From Raillietiella orientalis (Eukaryota), in NCBI GenBank assembly GCA_036172245.1, contig JAYWIR010000001.1, forward strand, positions 11,160,001 to 11,224,000: a stretch of 64,000 nucleotides of DNA, given 5' to 3'. The notes under the pieces were generated by a model. That model made no database searches and was not told where the DNA came from. It saw only the letters and a list, made by a program, of their open reading frames with translations. Below are positions 13,001 to 25,439 of this stretch, piece after piece; the first letter of the stretch is position 1; each line of letters opens with the position of its first letter. A program made the position numbers and the translations under genes.

Positions 13001-16000
13001 GCGTCTCGCGAGAGAGCCCGCGGAAACGCGCGCGCACCGGTCCCTTCTTCCCCCGCCGCGGAAATGCCGGCCTCCGCGGAGGCGCGTGCGCCCACGGAAA
13101 TCTCCTTCCCCCCTTTCCTCCCCCCTCCCCCCTTCTTCCTCCCGAAGCGTTCGCGTTCGCGCATTCCCACCCTAATGATTACGTCTGAAATTAATTGACA
13201 CACTGTTGACGGCGTCGCCAGGGAGCGCCGTGCAATTTATCGAGTCTTTGTCTGGAGCGCGCGCTCTCCGGTTCCCGAAAATCCGAGAATTGCCGCTCGT
13301 CCCGGAGAGCAACACGCTTCCGTCTGGAGGACTCCTTTGTTCTTAATGGTCGCTGATTGCGTGGTGAAATCAAAATCCCGAGATGGCTTTATTTATCGTC
13401 TCCCGCGCGCTCCTAATGCTCCTTGCTCGGCACGGCCTTCTTCGCCAGATAATTAAGGAAGTTTCGGAAGTACCGTAAAAAGTTTCCCGCGAAGCTCCCA
13501 ATGGCAACCAGGCTTTTCGCCTCCGCTCCTTAACGACCCGGTTCCTGAGTGGGTTCGGGCGGAAGGAACCCAAACCTGCGGCGCCGAAGCGACTCCGGGA
13601 AAGGCCGAGGGTGGATAGCAACTTTGAGGAGGTGGACGGGGCGCCCCCCCGTCGGACCGCGGGGGCAATGTTGGGAACCGAGGAACGGCGCGAAAGGAAA
13701 AAACGAGAACGGGATCGGCGGCGCCCCATCTGTCGTCCCCCTACTTCGCGATCCCGGTGGACCTTCCTGCCGCGAGCCACCGCGTGGGCGGCGGGCACCA
13801 GAGGGAAGGGTGGAGCAGGTGTTTGCGACGGAGCGGCGCGGCTCATTCTTCCTCAGCGCTCGGGATGCGCGGAGATCGCACGCGTCGGCACGGCGACGGG
13901 GCTGCTGCGGCGAGACTTCTTCGCCGTTCTTCGAGCACACACTCGACCAGCATCGGCGTTTCAGCTTTCCTGGGAAGCCGTCAGCTTTCCTCCTTTTTTT
14001 TCCTTTTTTTTTTTCCTAATGGGAACAGCGGATTTTCAATGACAAATGAAAAGGACTTGCGGAGAGAGGGAAGGAGGTGGGGCGTCTGTGCAAAGGTCGG
14101 CCCTGCGTGCAGTCCTCTTTGCGCGTGGTTCGCAGCCACATTCGCCCTCCGCTCTTTGGCAGCGCCCATTGTTCACAGCCCGACGTGCACGTGGGGCGGG
14201 CGTCCCCCCCCCCCCCTCCCGTTCGGAACCGATTCTGAAAGACGACTGTTTGATGAGCTGGGAAAGAATCAAACTGGAGTGACGTCTGGCGCATAAAAAG
14301 TTGCGGTTCTTCGCTCGTGATGGAGTGCACGCACACAACAGCAGCAACGACGCGTCGGACTTGGGGGGGGACGGGCAGGAAAGGGGGGGGGGGGGAAGTA
14401 TTCAGCGTCGTCGTTCACGGGAGGAGAGAGAGGGCCATCTCGTTAAGCGTATCCCGGCTTCGGGCTGGAGAGTCCAACACTTTTGCCGCTACCCGGAAAC
14501 TCAACAAAAGCCTGAAAGGATCCTTTTGAAAGGAACAAGTGAAGGTTCAAGAAGCTGTGACAAAGGAGTGCTCCCGACTGTGCTGTTTGTTGGCGAAGCG
14601 GTGGGACCTGCTGCCGTGCCCGCGCCCCGATGCTGTGCGTGAAGGGATGAAAGGGCGAACAAGGCGGAAAACAAGGGTAGCCGAAGCGCTGCGCGGTCTT
14701 CCGGGGCCGTGCAGTGTCCGGAAGAGCTGACTTTTTCTCCGCTTTGTGTGCGCGGCCTGCCCGCGGCGCCCACGACTGTCGTCGGACGGTGTGCTCCGAG
14801 AGTCCTCCGAAGGGAAAGGGGAAGAGGGAGGGAGTCCGTCCCGATGCGCGCGCGCGCGCACCTCGGTCCGCCAGGCTCTTTGGCGGCCGCGCAGTTTCAA
14901 GGCTCATCGTCCTGCAGAAGCAGCAGTCGGACAAGAAGGGGTGGGGAGGGGGGAGGGGAGGCAACGCCAGACCGGGCGGCCAACCGGCGCGGGCCGTTCC
15001 GCTTCCCCGCGGCGCGCGGGTTCCCCTCTCAGCGGTGCGCGCGCGCGCGCGCCTCGGACAGGATGCGTCTTCGCTCCGCGCTGCGCGAGGACTTGTCGAA
15101 CGCGGCCGCCGCGCGCCAGCGGGGCCGTCCGCCTCGTTACTGAAGGAGGAAGAAGCGCGCGAACGAAGGCGAAGAGATGGCGTTCCGAGGAAGGTCGAGG
15201 GAAGGCGGCACGTTGTCAGGTGAACTACTGACGTGGGCCGCCTGCCTGCCGCTGCTGCTATTGGTTACCGGCCCGCCGCGTGCTACCGATCCGTTGGCTC
15301 GTGATACGCATCCTCTCCTTGAAGGCAGCTTCGCAGCTGGCCTCTCCCAGCCGGCGACATTTGACCTGCTGGAAAATGACGGAACCCGCCGTCTGCCTGC
15401 AGCACGTACGCCGTCCTCAGAGTCCCCCTAATGGGTTTATAATTTTCGTCCCATTTTGCGGCGCGCCATGCTGCCGTGCCCATAATCCCTTAAGACATGT
15501 GATTACGCGGTCATACTTGTGGGCTCAGGACTCGTCGAAAGATCGTAATGGGAGCGGGGAAGAAGGGAGGGATTAGGAAAGGCAACTCAGAATGGCTCTC
15601 GGACACCGCGCCCCTGCACCCTTACAAAGACCCTCAGGCAGTCCGGGGTTTTTTTTCCCTCTTTTTTCTTTCTTTTTTATTTACATGCTCCCGCGTTTTG
15701 GATTGCTATGGAAGGGAGCGGTCATCTTTCGGTCGCGGATCGCCTCTGCGGCGGTGCGGCCCTCGTACCGGAGCCGAGCAGCAAGGTTCCCTCGGGAACG
15801 CACGGGGAGGCCCCCGCTGCCACTGCCTCGTCCTGCTGCAGGCGGAGGCGCGGAGTGGACGAGGGGAGGAACGGCGTGCGCCCGCCGCCGCTGCTTCCAC
15901 GAAGGGTCCCTTCGGGCGCGTGCCCCCCTTCTTCCCCTTCCTTCCCCGGACCGAACGGCCCGGAGCCCTGCCGATGCCTCCGAAACCACTGCCATACGCT

Positions 16001-17474
16001 GGGGACTGCCGGCGGCAAAACTCGAAAGCTCTCGCGCCCTCGTCCTTCCTTTTCCACGGTGCGCTCCGCGTCTGTGCCCCCCCCCTCATCCCCTTCCACG
16101 TCCCTTTCGTCTGGAGGTGGTTCCGGCGGCGAACGCCGGGGGTGAACCGCCCAGGACCTCGGACGTCCTACCGTCCGGATGTTCCCGAGAGAAAGAAAGA
16201 GGGACTGAGTCCCTCCTCCGACGGGCGGAAGAGTCCCCAGCGCCTGGACCCCCTTACTTCTCCACCATGCGCGGTCGACCGCGCTGCATCGAAATTTCCC
16301 CCTCCCCCTCCCCTCCCTTCGGCGTGGGAGGCGATCTAGATGGAACGATCGACGGCGAACCTCCGCCCCCCTTCCTCGTAGAAATGAAGATGGCGGAATT
16401 CGGCGTCCAGAGAGGCCACGGGTGGTGCGACGTGTCGTCCTGCCTGGGTCCTAAGGACTCCCTGATGATCGCCGACTACTCCCGGTACATGAAGCGGTTC
16501 TCCAGCTGGTGCGAGTGCAACGCGTCTTGTTGCAGGGAGCTGAACTACAGGTGAGGCGTTCGCTGCTGCCCTGACCCCGCGTTTCCCTAGGGAGGCGGCG
16601 AGGGGCGGGGGGAGGCCACGTGCTTCCTTTTTCCCAACCCCCCCCTCCCACTCGGGCTTCGGGAAATGCGGAGCGGGAGGCGGGGAGTCGGCGGCATCTC
16701 GCGTTCGTTCCCCCGCCCAGCCCGGTGCCGCGAGATCCTCGACATCGGAGGAAACGACGTCGAACCTTTCGACCCACCAGCAACGCGCCTCCGTCCGCAC
16801 CTCTGGGCTGGTGACCTCTGGGTGCCGCTTGACACGCCCGCTTCCTCCCGGGGGAGCCTCCTCTTCCGCACTCCGCACGAATGTGGGTTCCCCTCCCTTC
16901 TTTCCCCTCCCCCATCACGGTTCTCCGCCGCCGCCGCCGCGCGCGCCGCGAGAGGGTGCCGCACTCGAAGCGGTCCGACCGTTTCCAGGGAGCACTTCCA
17001 CTGCAAAGGTTGCGGCAGCCACCGCGTGTTTATGAAGAAGGACGAGATGGTGCGCCACCTGAAGTGGCACCGCAAGCGGGAGGAGTCCCTGCAGCACGGG
17101 TTCATGCGCTACTCGCCCAACGACGACTGCTCAGAGCGCTTCGGCCGCGGCTGCTCCCACAATGGGAAGCAGACCCACTACCATTGCCTGAAGCCCGGCT
17201 GCGAGAAGGTGTATGTCAGCACCTCGGACGTGCAGATGCACGCCAACTACCACCGCAAGGACTCCGCCATCCTTCAGGAAGGTTTCCAGCGCTTCCGCGG
17301 CTCCGAGGACTGCGGCCAGGCCTTCTGCTCCTTCCGGGACAAGAAGCTCACACACTTCCACTGCAGGAGGAGCGGCTGCCAGTTCTCGTTCAAGAACAAG
17401 GCGGAGATCGGTGAGCTGCGCGAGCGCCCTTCCTCACCCGCCTGCGACGGGAAAGAGGAGGAGCGACCGAGGAT

Positions 17475-17543
<69 letters not shown>

Positions 17544-20477
17544 GTGCGTCTTCTTCCTCCCTCTCACCCCGACTCAGAGAAGCACAAGACGCACCACACC
17601 AAGGAGGAGACGCTGAGCAAGGACGGGTTCAAGAAGTTCCTGAAGAGCGAGAAGTGTTCCTTCGAAGGCTGCCACATGTCCGAGGTGTGCAACCACATCC
17701 ACTGCACGCGGCTCGGCTGCCGCTACGTGCTGCACTCCAGCAGCCAGCTGTACTCCCACAAGAGGAAGCACGAGAGGCAGGACATGGACGGCCTCCACGG
17801 CGGCAAAGTCAAGCTGGTGGGTCCGGGGAGTGGACCACTGCCGGTAAGTACCCTCCTGCGCTAGCCCGCCCGTCCTTGATGGGAGGGGCCGCTCTCCAGT
17901 TGCCCTCTTTACTCACCCACCCCCCTCAGGTGCGCGTGGCAGGGACGAGCCCCTTCGGCTGGCAGAAGTCGGTCGCACGCGACCGGGGATCCCCGGAAGG
18001 AACTTCCGCCGACGCCGCAGGCCAGTTCGTGGACAGTTTCGCCGACAAAGACGTTGCTGTCAAGTTCGGAGGTCAGTGGGGCCCTCTCCCTCTCCCTTTT
18101 TTCCCCCGACCGCTTGAGGCCTGTCTGCGACCGGGGATCGCTTCCTCGGGGGAGGAGAAGGCGTGGGAACTGGAGGAGGTCGAACTTCTGGTTCTGGGGC
18201 GATGGGGTTGTCCGTAGACCGGGGAGGGAGTGGGGGTCATGTCGTGCCCGCAAACTGACTTTTCCTTTTTTTTTTTCTCCTTCCCGGCGCCAGCAGCACC
18301 AGCGGAGAAGCCCGCCAGACGGGAGAATGGCGTCACGTCCTTCGGCGGCCCCTTCTGCCTGCCCATCGCCGATCGAGGCTCCAAATGCGCGCACCTGGTA
18401 AGCGGCCCGACCCTCGGGCGCGCCCTCCGGCGGCTGCTGCCTTCTCCGCGCCTCATGGGCCCCGGGGACGGCCGGGGACCGTCCACTTCCCAGGAGGAAG
18501 TGCGCGCGCGCACAATCGCCCTTCGCGTCCGGTCGGGAAACCTCCGGTGGCTTCTTCTCCTTCGTTCCAGGTGGCCGAGCAGCAGCAGATGTTCCGGGAC
18601 GTCCGCCATCTGAGTTTTTCCTCCCAGCCCAAGTTCCTCGTCCTGGACGACCAGGTGGACAGTCGGGACGGTCTGAAGTAGGGCGACTCTCCCCCCTCTT
18701 TCCCAGGGTTCTCTCACGCGTGCCTCTCTCCTTGCCAAGGTCTTCCTTCCCGCGCTTTGTGCACGGATTCCGTCCCTGCGTGCCTTTCCCTCCGGGCTTC
18801 GCCATGGTGGGGTCCCCCCACTGCGGCGGGCTGAGCCCGTTCGGGGGCCGATCCAAGGCGCTTCCCGAACCGGAAGTGCAAGAAGATGCTTTGGAGGCGA
18901 AGGACGACCACCACGACGATGACCACCACGGCGCGGCGCTGTCGTTCGCCCGCACCTCCCTGCCCTGCGCGTCCCCTCCCCCCCCGCCTCCCCCCCCTCC
19001 CACTCCTCCTCCTCCCCGCTCGGCGGGCGGCGCAGCAGCCTCGCCACCTCTTCCCCTTCCCATCCCGTTCCCTTTCCTCATCCGGGATTTCCCCGAAGAG
19101 AGGCGCCGCGCGTTCCGGGGGATGCTGGCCGCCGCGCACCCGCCGTTCCCGCCGTCTGAGGAGGAGGAGGAGGAGGAAGAAGAGGAGGGGGATGCAGCGG
19201 TCCGCAAGGGGCGGAGGCACCCCCGACCCAACGAGGTACCCGCGCGCGCAGCGCTCCTTCCGAGATTCCCCCCCTCCCTCGATTTTCTTCCCTCGGCGCG
19301 AGGGGGTCGCGTCCTCTTCATCACTTCCTCTCCGGCGCTGGGGTCTTCGCTCCTTTCCGAAGCTCTCCCCTCGCTTTCGGTACCGATGGTCAGCCACCCC
19401 TCCGGCCGCGCACGCCCGCGCGATTCCCCGAGACGCCGCACTCACACACTCTCTCTCCCTTCGCAGCATCCCGGTCCGGACTCGCGCGAGGCCGCCGCCG
19501 AGAATCCCGTCCCTGCTCCCCCCCTCTCCCCTCCGACCCCTTCTTCCCCTTCCCCTCTTCCTCTCCCGGCATCCTCTTCCTCCTCCTCCTCCTCTTCTCC
19601 TCCTCTTCCTGCCCCTCTCCCCCCTCTCCTCCTCTCGGCCTCTCAGCTGGCGCATCCTTCGGGCCTCGAGGTGCCTCCGAAGAAGGGGGGCACGAAGGTG
19701 TTCGGTGTCCACAACCCTGCCGGCTTCCCAAGGACCGCCTGCTCCTCCCTGCGGTTCCTGAAGGACGAGCCGGTGCCCAGCGGCTACGTGCGCTACAGGT
19801 GAGCCCCGGAGGAGGAGGCGGTTGCGGGGTGGGGGAATGGGGATGAACGCGCCTACTCGACCGTCGTCGACCCCCGATTTCTGCAGGTTCAACCAGGACT
19901 GCGGCTACGGGAGCTGCAGCTACCGGGAGCACCAGACGCACTTCCACTGCGTGCGCAAGGACTGCGGCTACAGCTTCTGCGACAAGACGCGCTTCGTGCA
20001 GCACACAGCGCGGCACGAGCGCCTGGACACCCTGATGGGCGGGGACTTCTCGCAGTACCGCGCCAGCGTTTCCTGCGGGCGCGGTGCCTGCGCCTACCAC
20101 CTGTCCCGGCACAGCGGCAACAAGGCATCGTCGCACTTCCACTGCCGGAAGTGCGATTTTGTCTGCACGGACACGAACAAGGTGGGTGGCGGGTTCAATC
20201 CCTCTCACCCCCTCCGCCTCAGGGGGAGGGAAGGCGGTCTCGCTCCTCACCCTTGACACCCCTTTTGGTTCAGGTGGTGGCGCACCGTAGGCAGCACCAG
20301 AAGCTCGACTCGATCCTGGCCGCCGGGTTTGAGAAGTTCGCCTCGGGGCAGGACTGCATGGTGGATGCCTGCCAGCACAGGCAGAAACAGACGCACTACC
20401 ACTGCGTGGACTGCCGCCTGGCGGTGGTTGGACTCTCGCAGATGTCCGAGCACCGCTACCGCCACTACCCCAAGTGA
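9385..20477 (+). CDS. cas: Castor/CASZ1-family zinc-finger transcription factor, paralog A (spliced, ~1062 aa, 7 Castor-type fingers)
   Basis: Phase-consistent GT-AG model: 9385-10036, 16382-16550, 16989-17410, 17578-17843, 17930-18071, 18294-18397, 18571-18677, 18740-19235, 19467-19798, 19887-20181, 20274-20477. It encodes Castor hallmarks: EHFHC..FMKKDEMVRHLKWHRKREESLQHGFMRYS, STSDVQMHANYHRKDSAILQEGFQRF, HSSSQLYSHKRKH, CDKTRFVQHTARHERLDTLMGGDF and TNKVVAHRRQH. Confidence 0.93.
13170..13460. promoter_or_regulatory. candidate intronic enhancer of Castor-A (TAAT/ATTA-rich island)
   Basis: ctaatgattac, aattaattgaca, cttaatgg, tttatttat, ctaatg and ataattaag cluster within about 290 bp of an otherwise GC-rich intron. 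Confidence 0.4.
16382..16550 (+). CDS. cas: Castor-A exon, lead-in to finger 1 (DYSRYMKRFSSWCECNASCCRELNYR)
   Basis: Acceptor ctcgtag|, donor tacag|gtgagg. Homologous to Castor-B 54139-54364. Confidence 0.9.
16989..17410 (+). CDS. cas: Castor-A exon, fingers 1-3
   Basis: tttccag|GGAGCACTTC through GAGATCG|gtgagc; Castor C-x-C/H(F/Y)HC-C2H2 repeats. Confidence 0.96.
17482..17539 (+). repeat. (CT)n microsatellite in Castor-A intron
   Basis: About 29 perfect CT units. Confidence 0.95.
17578..17843 (+). CDS. cas: Castor-A exon, end of finger 3 and finger 4
   Basis: ctcag|AGAAGCAC through CTGCCG|gtaagt; encodes DGFKKFLKSEKC..NHIHCTRLGCRYVLHSSSQLYSHKRKH. Confidence 0.95.
17930..19798 (+). CDS. 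cas: Castor-A linker exons (17930-18071, 18294-18397, 18571-18677, 18740-19235, 19467-19798); low complexity, no intact fingers
   Basis: Chain of GT-AG sites with matching phases. The last exon ends LRFLKDEPVPSGYVRYR, homologous to Castor-B LRLFKDEPIPTGYLRFR. Internal boundaries are tentative. Confidence 0.55.
19887..20181 (+). CDS. cas: Castor-A exon, C-terminal fingers 5-6
   Basis: ctgcag|GTTCAAC through AACAAG|gtgggt; encodes FNQDCGYGSC..CDKTRFVQHTARH..HFHCRKCDFVCTDTNK. Confidence 0.96.
20274..20477 (+). CDS. cas: Castor-A last coding exon, finger 7
   Basis: ttcag|GTGGTG; encodes VVAHRRQHQKLD..THYHCVDC..HRYRHYPK*. Confidence 0.95.
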   Translation: MVAHRRQHQKLDSILAAGFEKFASGQDCMVDACQHRQKQTHYHCVDCRLAVVGLSQMSEHRYRHYPK

Positions 20478-21618
20478 GGGCGCGCGCGCGCGGGGCCGAC
20501 GACGACCGCCGCCCGCGACTCTGCCTGCCTGTGATACCACAGCCCTGGACGCAGCGCGCCCCCCTCCCCCTCTGGGAGGAGGAGGAGGAGGAGCTCAGGG
20601 GCCGGCGAAGGAGAATGAGGCGGCGAAGAAGAAGGGGTTCAAAAAAAAAAAAAGAGGAACCCCCCACCACCACCACCCCAAAAAAAAGGAAAAAAACGGG
20701 AAGCCAAAATTCGCCACACGCGGCACCTTCGGCCAGCCTTTTTTCCTTCTTTTTTTTTTCCGAGGGGCAGGGGGGAAGAGAAAGGAGGGGATGCCGCGAG
20801 GTTCACGGGAAGCGGAAGGCTGGGGGGGAGGGGAAGAGAAATCCGGCATCTTCCAGCAGGGGACTCGGGACGCAGGCACCAGCCCTCGGAAGCCGGCCGC
20901 GGGCGCCCCTCTAGGCAAGGCGCGAGGAAGAGAAACTGCCACGGCTCCTGGTCCATCACCCACTCACCCCCGCACACCTCCTCACGCGGGGGCGGGAGGG
21001 CGCCCCTACCAGCCCGAACGACAAGTAACGCGGAGGGAGAGGTGCCGGCAGACCTTGAAGCTCCTGGCTGGTATGCGACCCCAGGCAGACCATGGGGTTG
21101 CGCAGTATCCCGATCACGCCTGGATCCGTGCAGCCTCGGGGAGGCCCAACGGAAGGAGTCCGACTGACCTCCTCTCCCCTTCTCTCCTCCTAGTTCCCGA
21201 GTGTTTCGCCCGTCAGATCTCTCTAAGGCGCCGCCGAAAGCGCCGTGGGCAACAAAAGATGCCCCACCGCTCCTTTGGCTGGACTTTGGGGGGGGGGGGA
21301 CCGAATGTGGGGGAGAGGTCAGAGTCAAGGTCACGGGGGAAGTCCAGAAGCTCCGCAGAGGCGAGGAAGGATGGACGGTGGGGCTAGGAAGTGAGGTTGG
21401 CGGAGTCATCGAGAAGGCTGTCGTTGAGAAGGGAATGGGGAGCGAGTCGCCGGATCCCCCCCTTCCCTCCTGGGTGCCTTCGGGCCGCTTCTTCTTTGCC
21501 CGGAGCGCCGCCATCGCTCTCGCGCCAGACGTCCCTTTGGCGCCTTGCAGGCCTCCCTCTTCCGGGGCATTTCCGTCTACGAAGGCTTTCCGAATGCTTC
21601 CGGTCTCCTGAGGCGGTA

Positions 21619-21624
21619 AATAAA
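21619..21624 (+). terminator. candidate polyadenylation signal for Castor-A
   Basis: AATAAA about 1.1 kb after the stop codon, in GC-rich sequence. Confidence 0.35.
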
Positions 21625-24199
21625 GACAGGAGAGGAAGGGAATGCTGCATCTCCAAGGGGACGGGAGTCGCCCGTCCGGAGTCATCCCGGCGTTCGCTCC
21701 TCCGTTCGCCCTGGGAGTAGGGCCGGTCCCTCCCGTGTCGTTGCCACCGCCACCGAGCGCGGCTCCCGTGGGTCAAACAGACGCGCGCGATCGTGCATGA
21801 CCCCGAAGGTCACACCAGGCAGGCGGGAGAAGGGGAAGAGGAGGAGGAAGATGACACCCGGGCCTCCCTCGGGAGACAGTTGGGGGCTAAATGAGCAGGC
21901 GAAGGGCCCGAACCCGATCCCTGCTTGACTTGAGGGGCAAGGGCAGGGACCCCCCTCACTCTCCCCGTTTTTCCGCGGGAAGGGTCTTCGGGTCGCCACA
22001 GTGCCGTCAGCCGCCCTCCGGCCAGAGAGGCGAAAAAGCAATGGGCCTCCAGGGCAGGCGCGGGCAGCGTTTGCCCTGGACCCTTAGCTCCGTTCCCGCT
22101 CCTGCCCTCCTCGCTTGCTTCGTCATCCCTTTCCAAAAGCGGGGCGGCGCTGCAGGCGAACCTCTCCTTTCATAGGATCGCGCCTCTGAGGACCCCTCGC
22201 CTCCTCCGCTTTCCCTGGACCCACCTGACCGAGGATCCCGAGCTGCTTTCCTGTCCTCGGGGTGCTACCCACAGGAGGCAGGTGACCCTCGCCCTTACGG
22301 CCACCGCGGCGGGAAGGAGGTCACCTCCAGGAAGGGGTTTCCGCCGCCCCTGGCCCTCACCTGCAGGATGACCCTTGCGACCTATTCGTAGAAGCTCCTC
22401 CTTTCCCTCTGGGAGACTCCTCTCTCCCACATCCGTCCCCAGATTGGGATCAGGGTCCCGCCTAGGTTCGTCATGCCAGAGGAGTCACCGCGGCAACCCC
22501 GGGCAACCGGAAAGACGGCGGCGGCGCGCGATCCCTCTTGCACGGGCCTCTCCGCCTGCCCGGCGGCCCGGAGAGAAACCGCCCTGCGCTGCCGGAAACT
22601 CCCCGCGCGCGCTGCGGCGCCTGCGGCTCCTCGCATCTTCGGCGGCCCCGTGACCTTAGCCACCCCGACGCACGCAGACGGAAGGCCAGCAGGAGAGGAG
22701 GATCCTTTTGTCCACGTGCAACGCCCCTAGGCCCTTTTCCCTCCTCCAGGCTGCCTCCGATACGAAGGAAGACTACCCTGCAAACCATCGACCGAGGGGG
22801 GGGGTGCGATGCGCCAACACCTTGCGGCGTCAAGCACGGAAGAATCTCCTCCTCCTCCACAAGTCTTCTCGGAGCAACCCTCGTTGCCTCGGCACTTCCA
22901 TCACCCTCAGTCCAGAGAGGAGGGGGGCAGCACGAGAATCCGTCAACCACCACCCTCACCCGTCAGCAGGACACCGTCCGTCAAAACGAACGGCTGATGA
23001 TGATACGGCGGCGATAACGGGGGGAGAGGGGGGGAGGAAGCCATAAATCTTCCGCCTCCGCATGCGTCCTGTCACACGGTTCCGATGCATCACGGGTAGC
23101 CAAACCTTCTCACCTCAGCAGACGCACTCCCTTCCCCCACGGATGGGCAAACTGACGCACCCCCATAGATGCCACCTTCGAAGGCTCCCTGATTCCAGCG
23201 CCAGCAAATGGCTCTTGGAAGGGAGGATGGAGGGCAGCGGCGGAAATCGAAAGCGTTCCAGCGAATCCGGAAGGAAAACGGGAACCTTTCGAGTAACCAG
23301 ATGCCACTTGTCTTTGAAGTTTGCTGATCCGGAAGTTCCATGCCTGACTATCCGAGCAGGCCAAGTAGCTGACCCACCGCGGTAGCGGGGAGACTTCCTC
23401 GCGTGCTCGTGGGATGCTCCAGAGGCTGCTGCAGGGAGGGAAAGCTGCCCCACAGGGCTCGTTTGGAGGAAACTGGATGAAAGGCGGAGTGGAGATTCAG
23501 GAAAGCCCGTTTGATGTTGCCATCGCCTGCATACGGAGGGAAGTGAAGTGGACCAATCTGGGGTGTGGGATGCAAGGGAGCCTTCGTGCGATCATGGGCG
23601 AACCAGTCTGAGACCGGCGGACGCGCCCCTTCTCCGTCCGACGGAGGCCGTCGGAAATCATGCCGGACACCGCGGGGCCGTTCCATGCCATTCCCTATTT
23701 ATTTACCTACTTATTGGGCCTGCCCCCTCTCCATCCACTCCTCAGCTCCGTCCCCAGTGAGGGTAGTCCCTCTGGCCTCGGATGGGCACATTTCAGTCCT
23801 CTTCGATCTGTGTAAATTTTGTTTATTTCATAGAAGTGGCCAGGCGTTCAGGTGTGACGATGACGTCACCGGAGTTGCATCCCGCCGGAGAAGGTTCCAT
23901 CCCTTCGGTGCTTTGGAACTCGAAGGGAGGGAAGGGACTCGGGATGGGTCCATTCTAGGGTTGGTCATTCTTGAAATCTGGGGCGGCTCCTTTGCAGGTA
24001 GCTTGGACCCAGTCTAAGGGATGCTGAAGCCCTCAGACTGACGACAAGAGGCTCCTCTGTGATGAGCGTCAGCTTCCCGGAGCCACCGCCAGCGGGGGAA
24101 CAGACGGACAGCTTGTTAGTGAGGGGCGAGAGAGGAAGGAGTCAGTGAGAGGAATGTCAGAACCGGGTGACCAGCTGTCTCTGAGGACGCTGGCGCCAT

Positions 24200-24900
24200 C
24201 GAGTGTGTAGGGGGAGGGGAGGAAACGACTCCTGAGAGCCATCCTGCCCACGGAGGGGGGGCGCCGTGGCAAGTCCCTCCTGGCGTTGGGGGACAGTGCG
24301 ACTCGAGAAGGGTCGATCCTGGTGCGCGACCGAGGGAGGGAGGCTGCGCAAAGAGCGCGCGAGTGGGCGAACGATGAGGAGCGCAAGCGGATGTCGCGCA
24401 CCCTCCCGCTCGCGGGTTGTGTCCTTCCTGCAGTCCCTCATCGCATCTCTCCGCCAACTTCCAGTCCGGCGGGGACTTCGGAACGTCTCGAATCCGGTGG
24501 AACGGGCTGCTCTCACTGGGTCGCGCCCCGTGACCCTTCAGCCTGGAGGATTCGCTGCTCCCGAGGCTGCAGGTTCCGCAGCGGCGCCGCGCCGCGAGGG
24601 TCCTCTGAGGACTCGGGAGGGGAGCCCTCCCCTCCCCAGCGCGGAGTTCTCCTTCGCCATCCTGACTCCACCTGGTCCAGAGGGAAGCATTGGGGCTCTG
24701 GAGACTTCCGAGTGGTGCAACGCGCATTCCTGGGTGTTTCTTCGCGAAAAACCGTCCTCTCTGGGCATGTGCGTCTCCCCCTTTCGCACATCCTCCAGGA
24801 AATCGCCGAGAAATGGACGATGGGAACGCAAGCGTCCGCCGCGGCACTCCATCCGGGAACAGAAAAAAAGGGAAGCGGCCGCTGGGGCAAGAGACGACGG
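24200..24900 (+). mobile_element. decayed non-LTR retrotransposon ORF1 (gag-like) remnant
   Basis: Translation has residual motifs TREGSILV and WGSGDFRVVQR..SGHV, resembling R1/Jockey-group ORF1. The knuckle cysteines are lost. Confidence 0.3.
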
Positions 24901-25273
24901 CGCCAGGAAGGCGAGGAGGAGCAAGTGTAGGATGAGGGGTAGTGACCCTGAAGCAGCCGCGAGAGCTCCTCTTCCACCCGCTGACCCTCGAGGAACGCCG
25001 TGAGCCTCGAGCGGCTGCTGCAGACCTGACAGGGTCAGCGGGGAACGCCCCGCACCCCTTCCTCTTCCCGGGTGTGCGTGACGCGGAAGCAGCGAGGGAA
25101 TGCACTCAGGAGTTGTGGCTGTCGAAGGAGTGGTTACCGGCGAACTTTGCGACCGAACCTCCGGAGCGCTTGTTCAGGTTCCGCAGGATCATCGTTTGAC
25201 TGCGCACCACGGTGAGTGTTTTGCCACTTCACTCGAGTCGGAGGCGCGAAACGGCTCCACTCCACACACGAAA

Positions 25274-25340
25274 GCCCCCCTGGTAGCCATGTGGCTGCGG
25301 CCTCTCCGCACGTCGTAGGTTCGAATCCCCACACGGAGGA
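25274..25340 (+). mobile_element. tRNA-derived SINE head or tRNA pseudogene (Pol III A and B boxes)
   Basis: A-box-like TAGCCATGTGG at 25284-25294 and perfect B box GGTTCGAATCC at 25318-25328. No complete cloverleaf is visible. Confidence 0.5.
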
Positions 25341-25439
25341 GCAACCCCGGGAACAGGGGAGGCTCATGGGTTCCCGGTGCCCTCCACGGGACGGCGCTGG
25401 TCGGTTTGTAGACTCCGGATGCCCTTGTTGACCGGACGG

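Noticed and set aside
18740-18840. FVHGFRPCVPFPPGFAMVGSPHCGG as a decayed central finger in Castor-A
   Set aside because: Only GF and one or two Cys resemble a finger lead-in, and there is no H(F/Y)HC. Too weak to claim.
17909-20676. Long minus-strand ORFs (510, 392 and 428 aa) over Castor-A
   Set aside because: Antisense shadows of high-GC3 coding exons.
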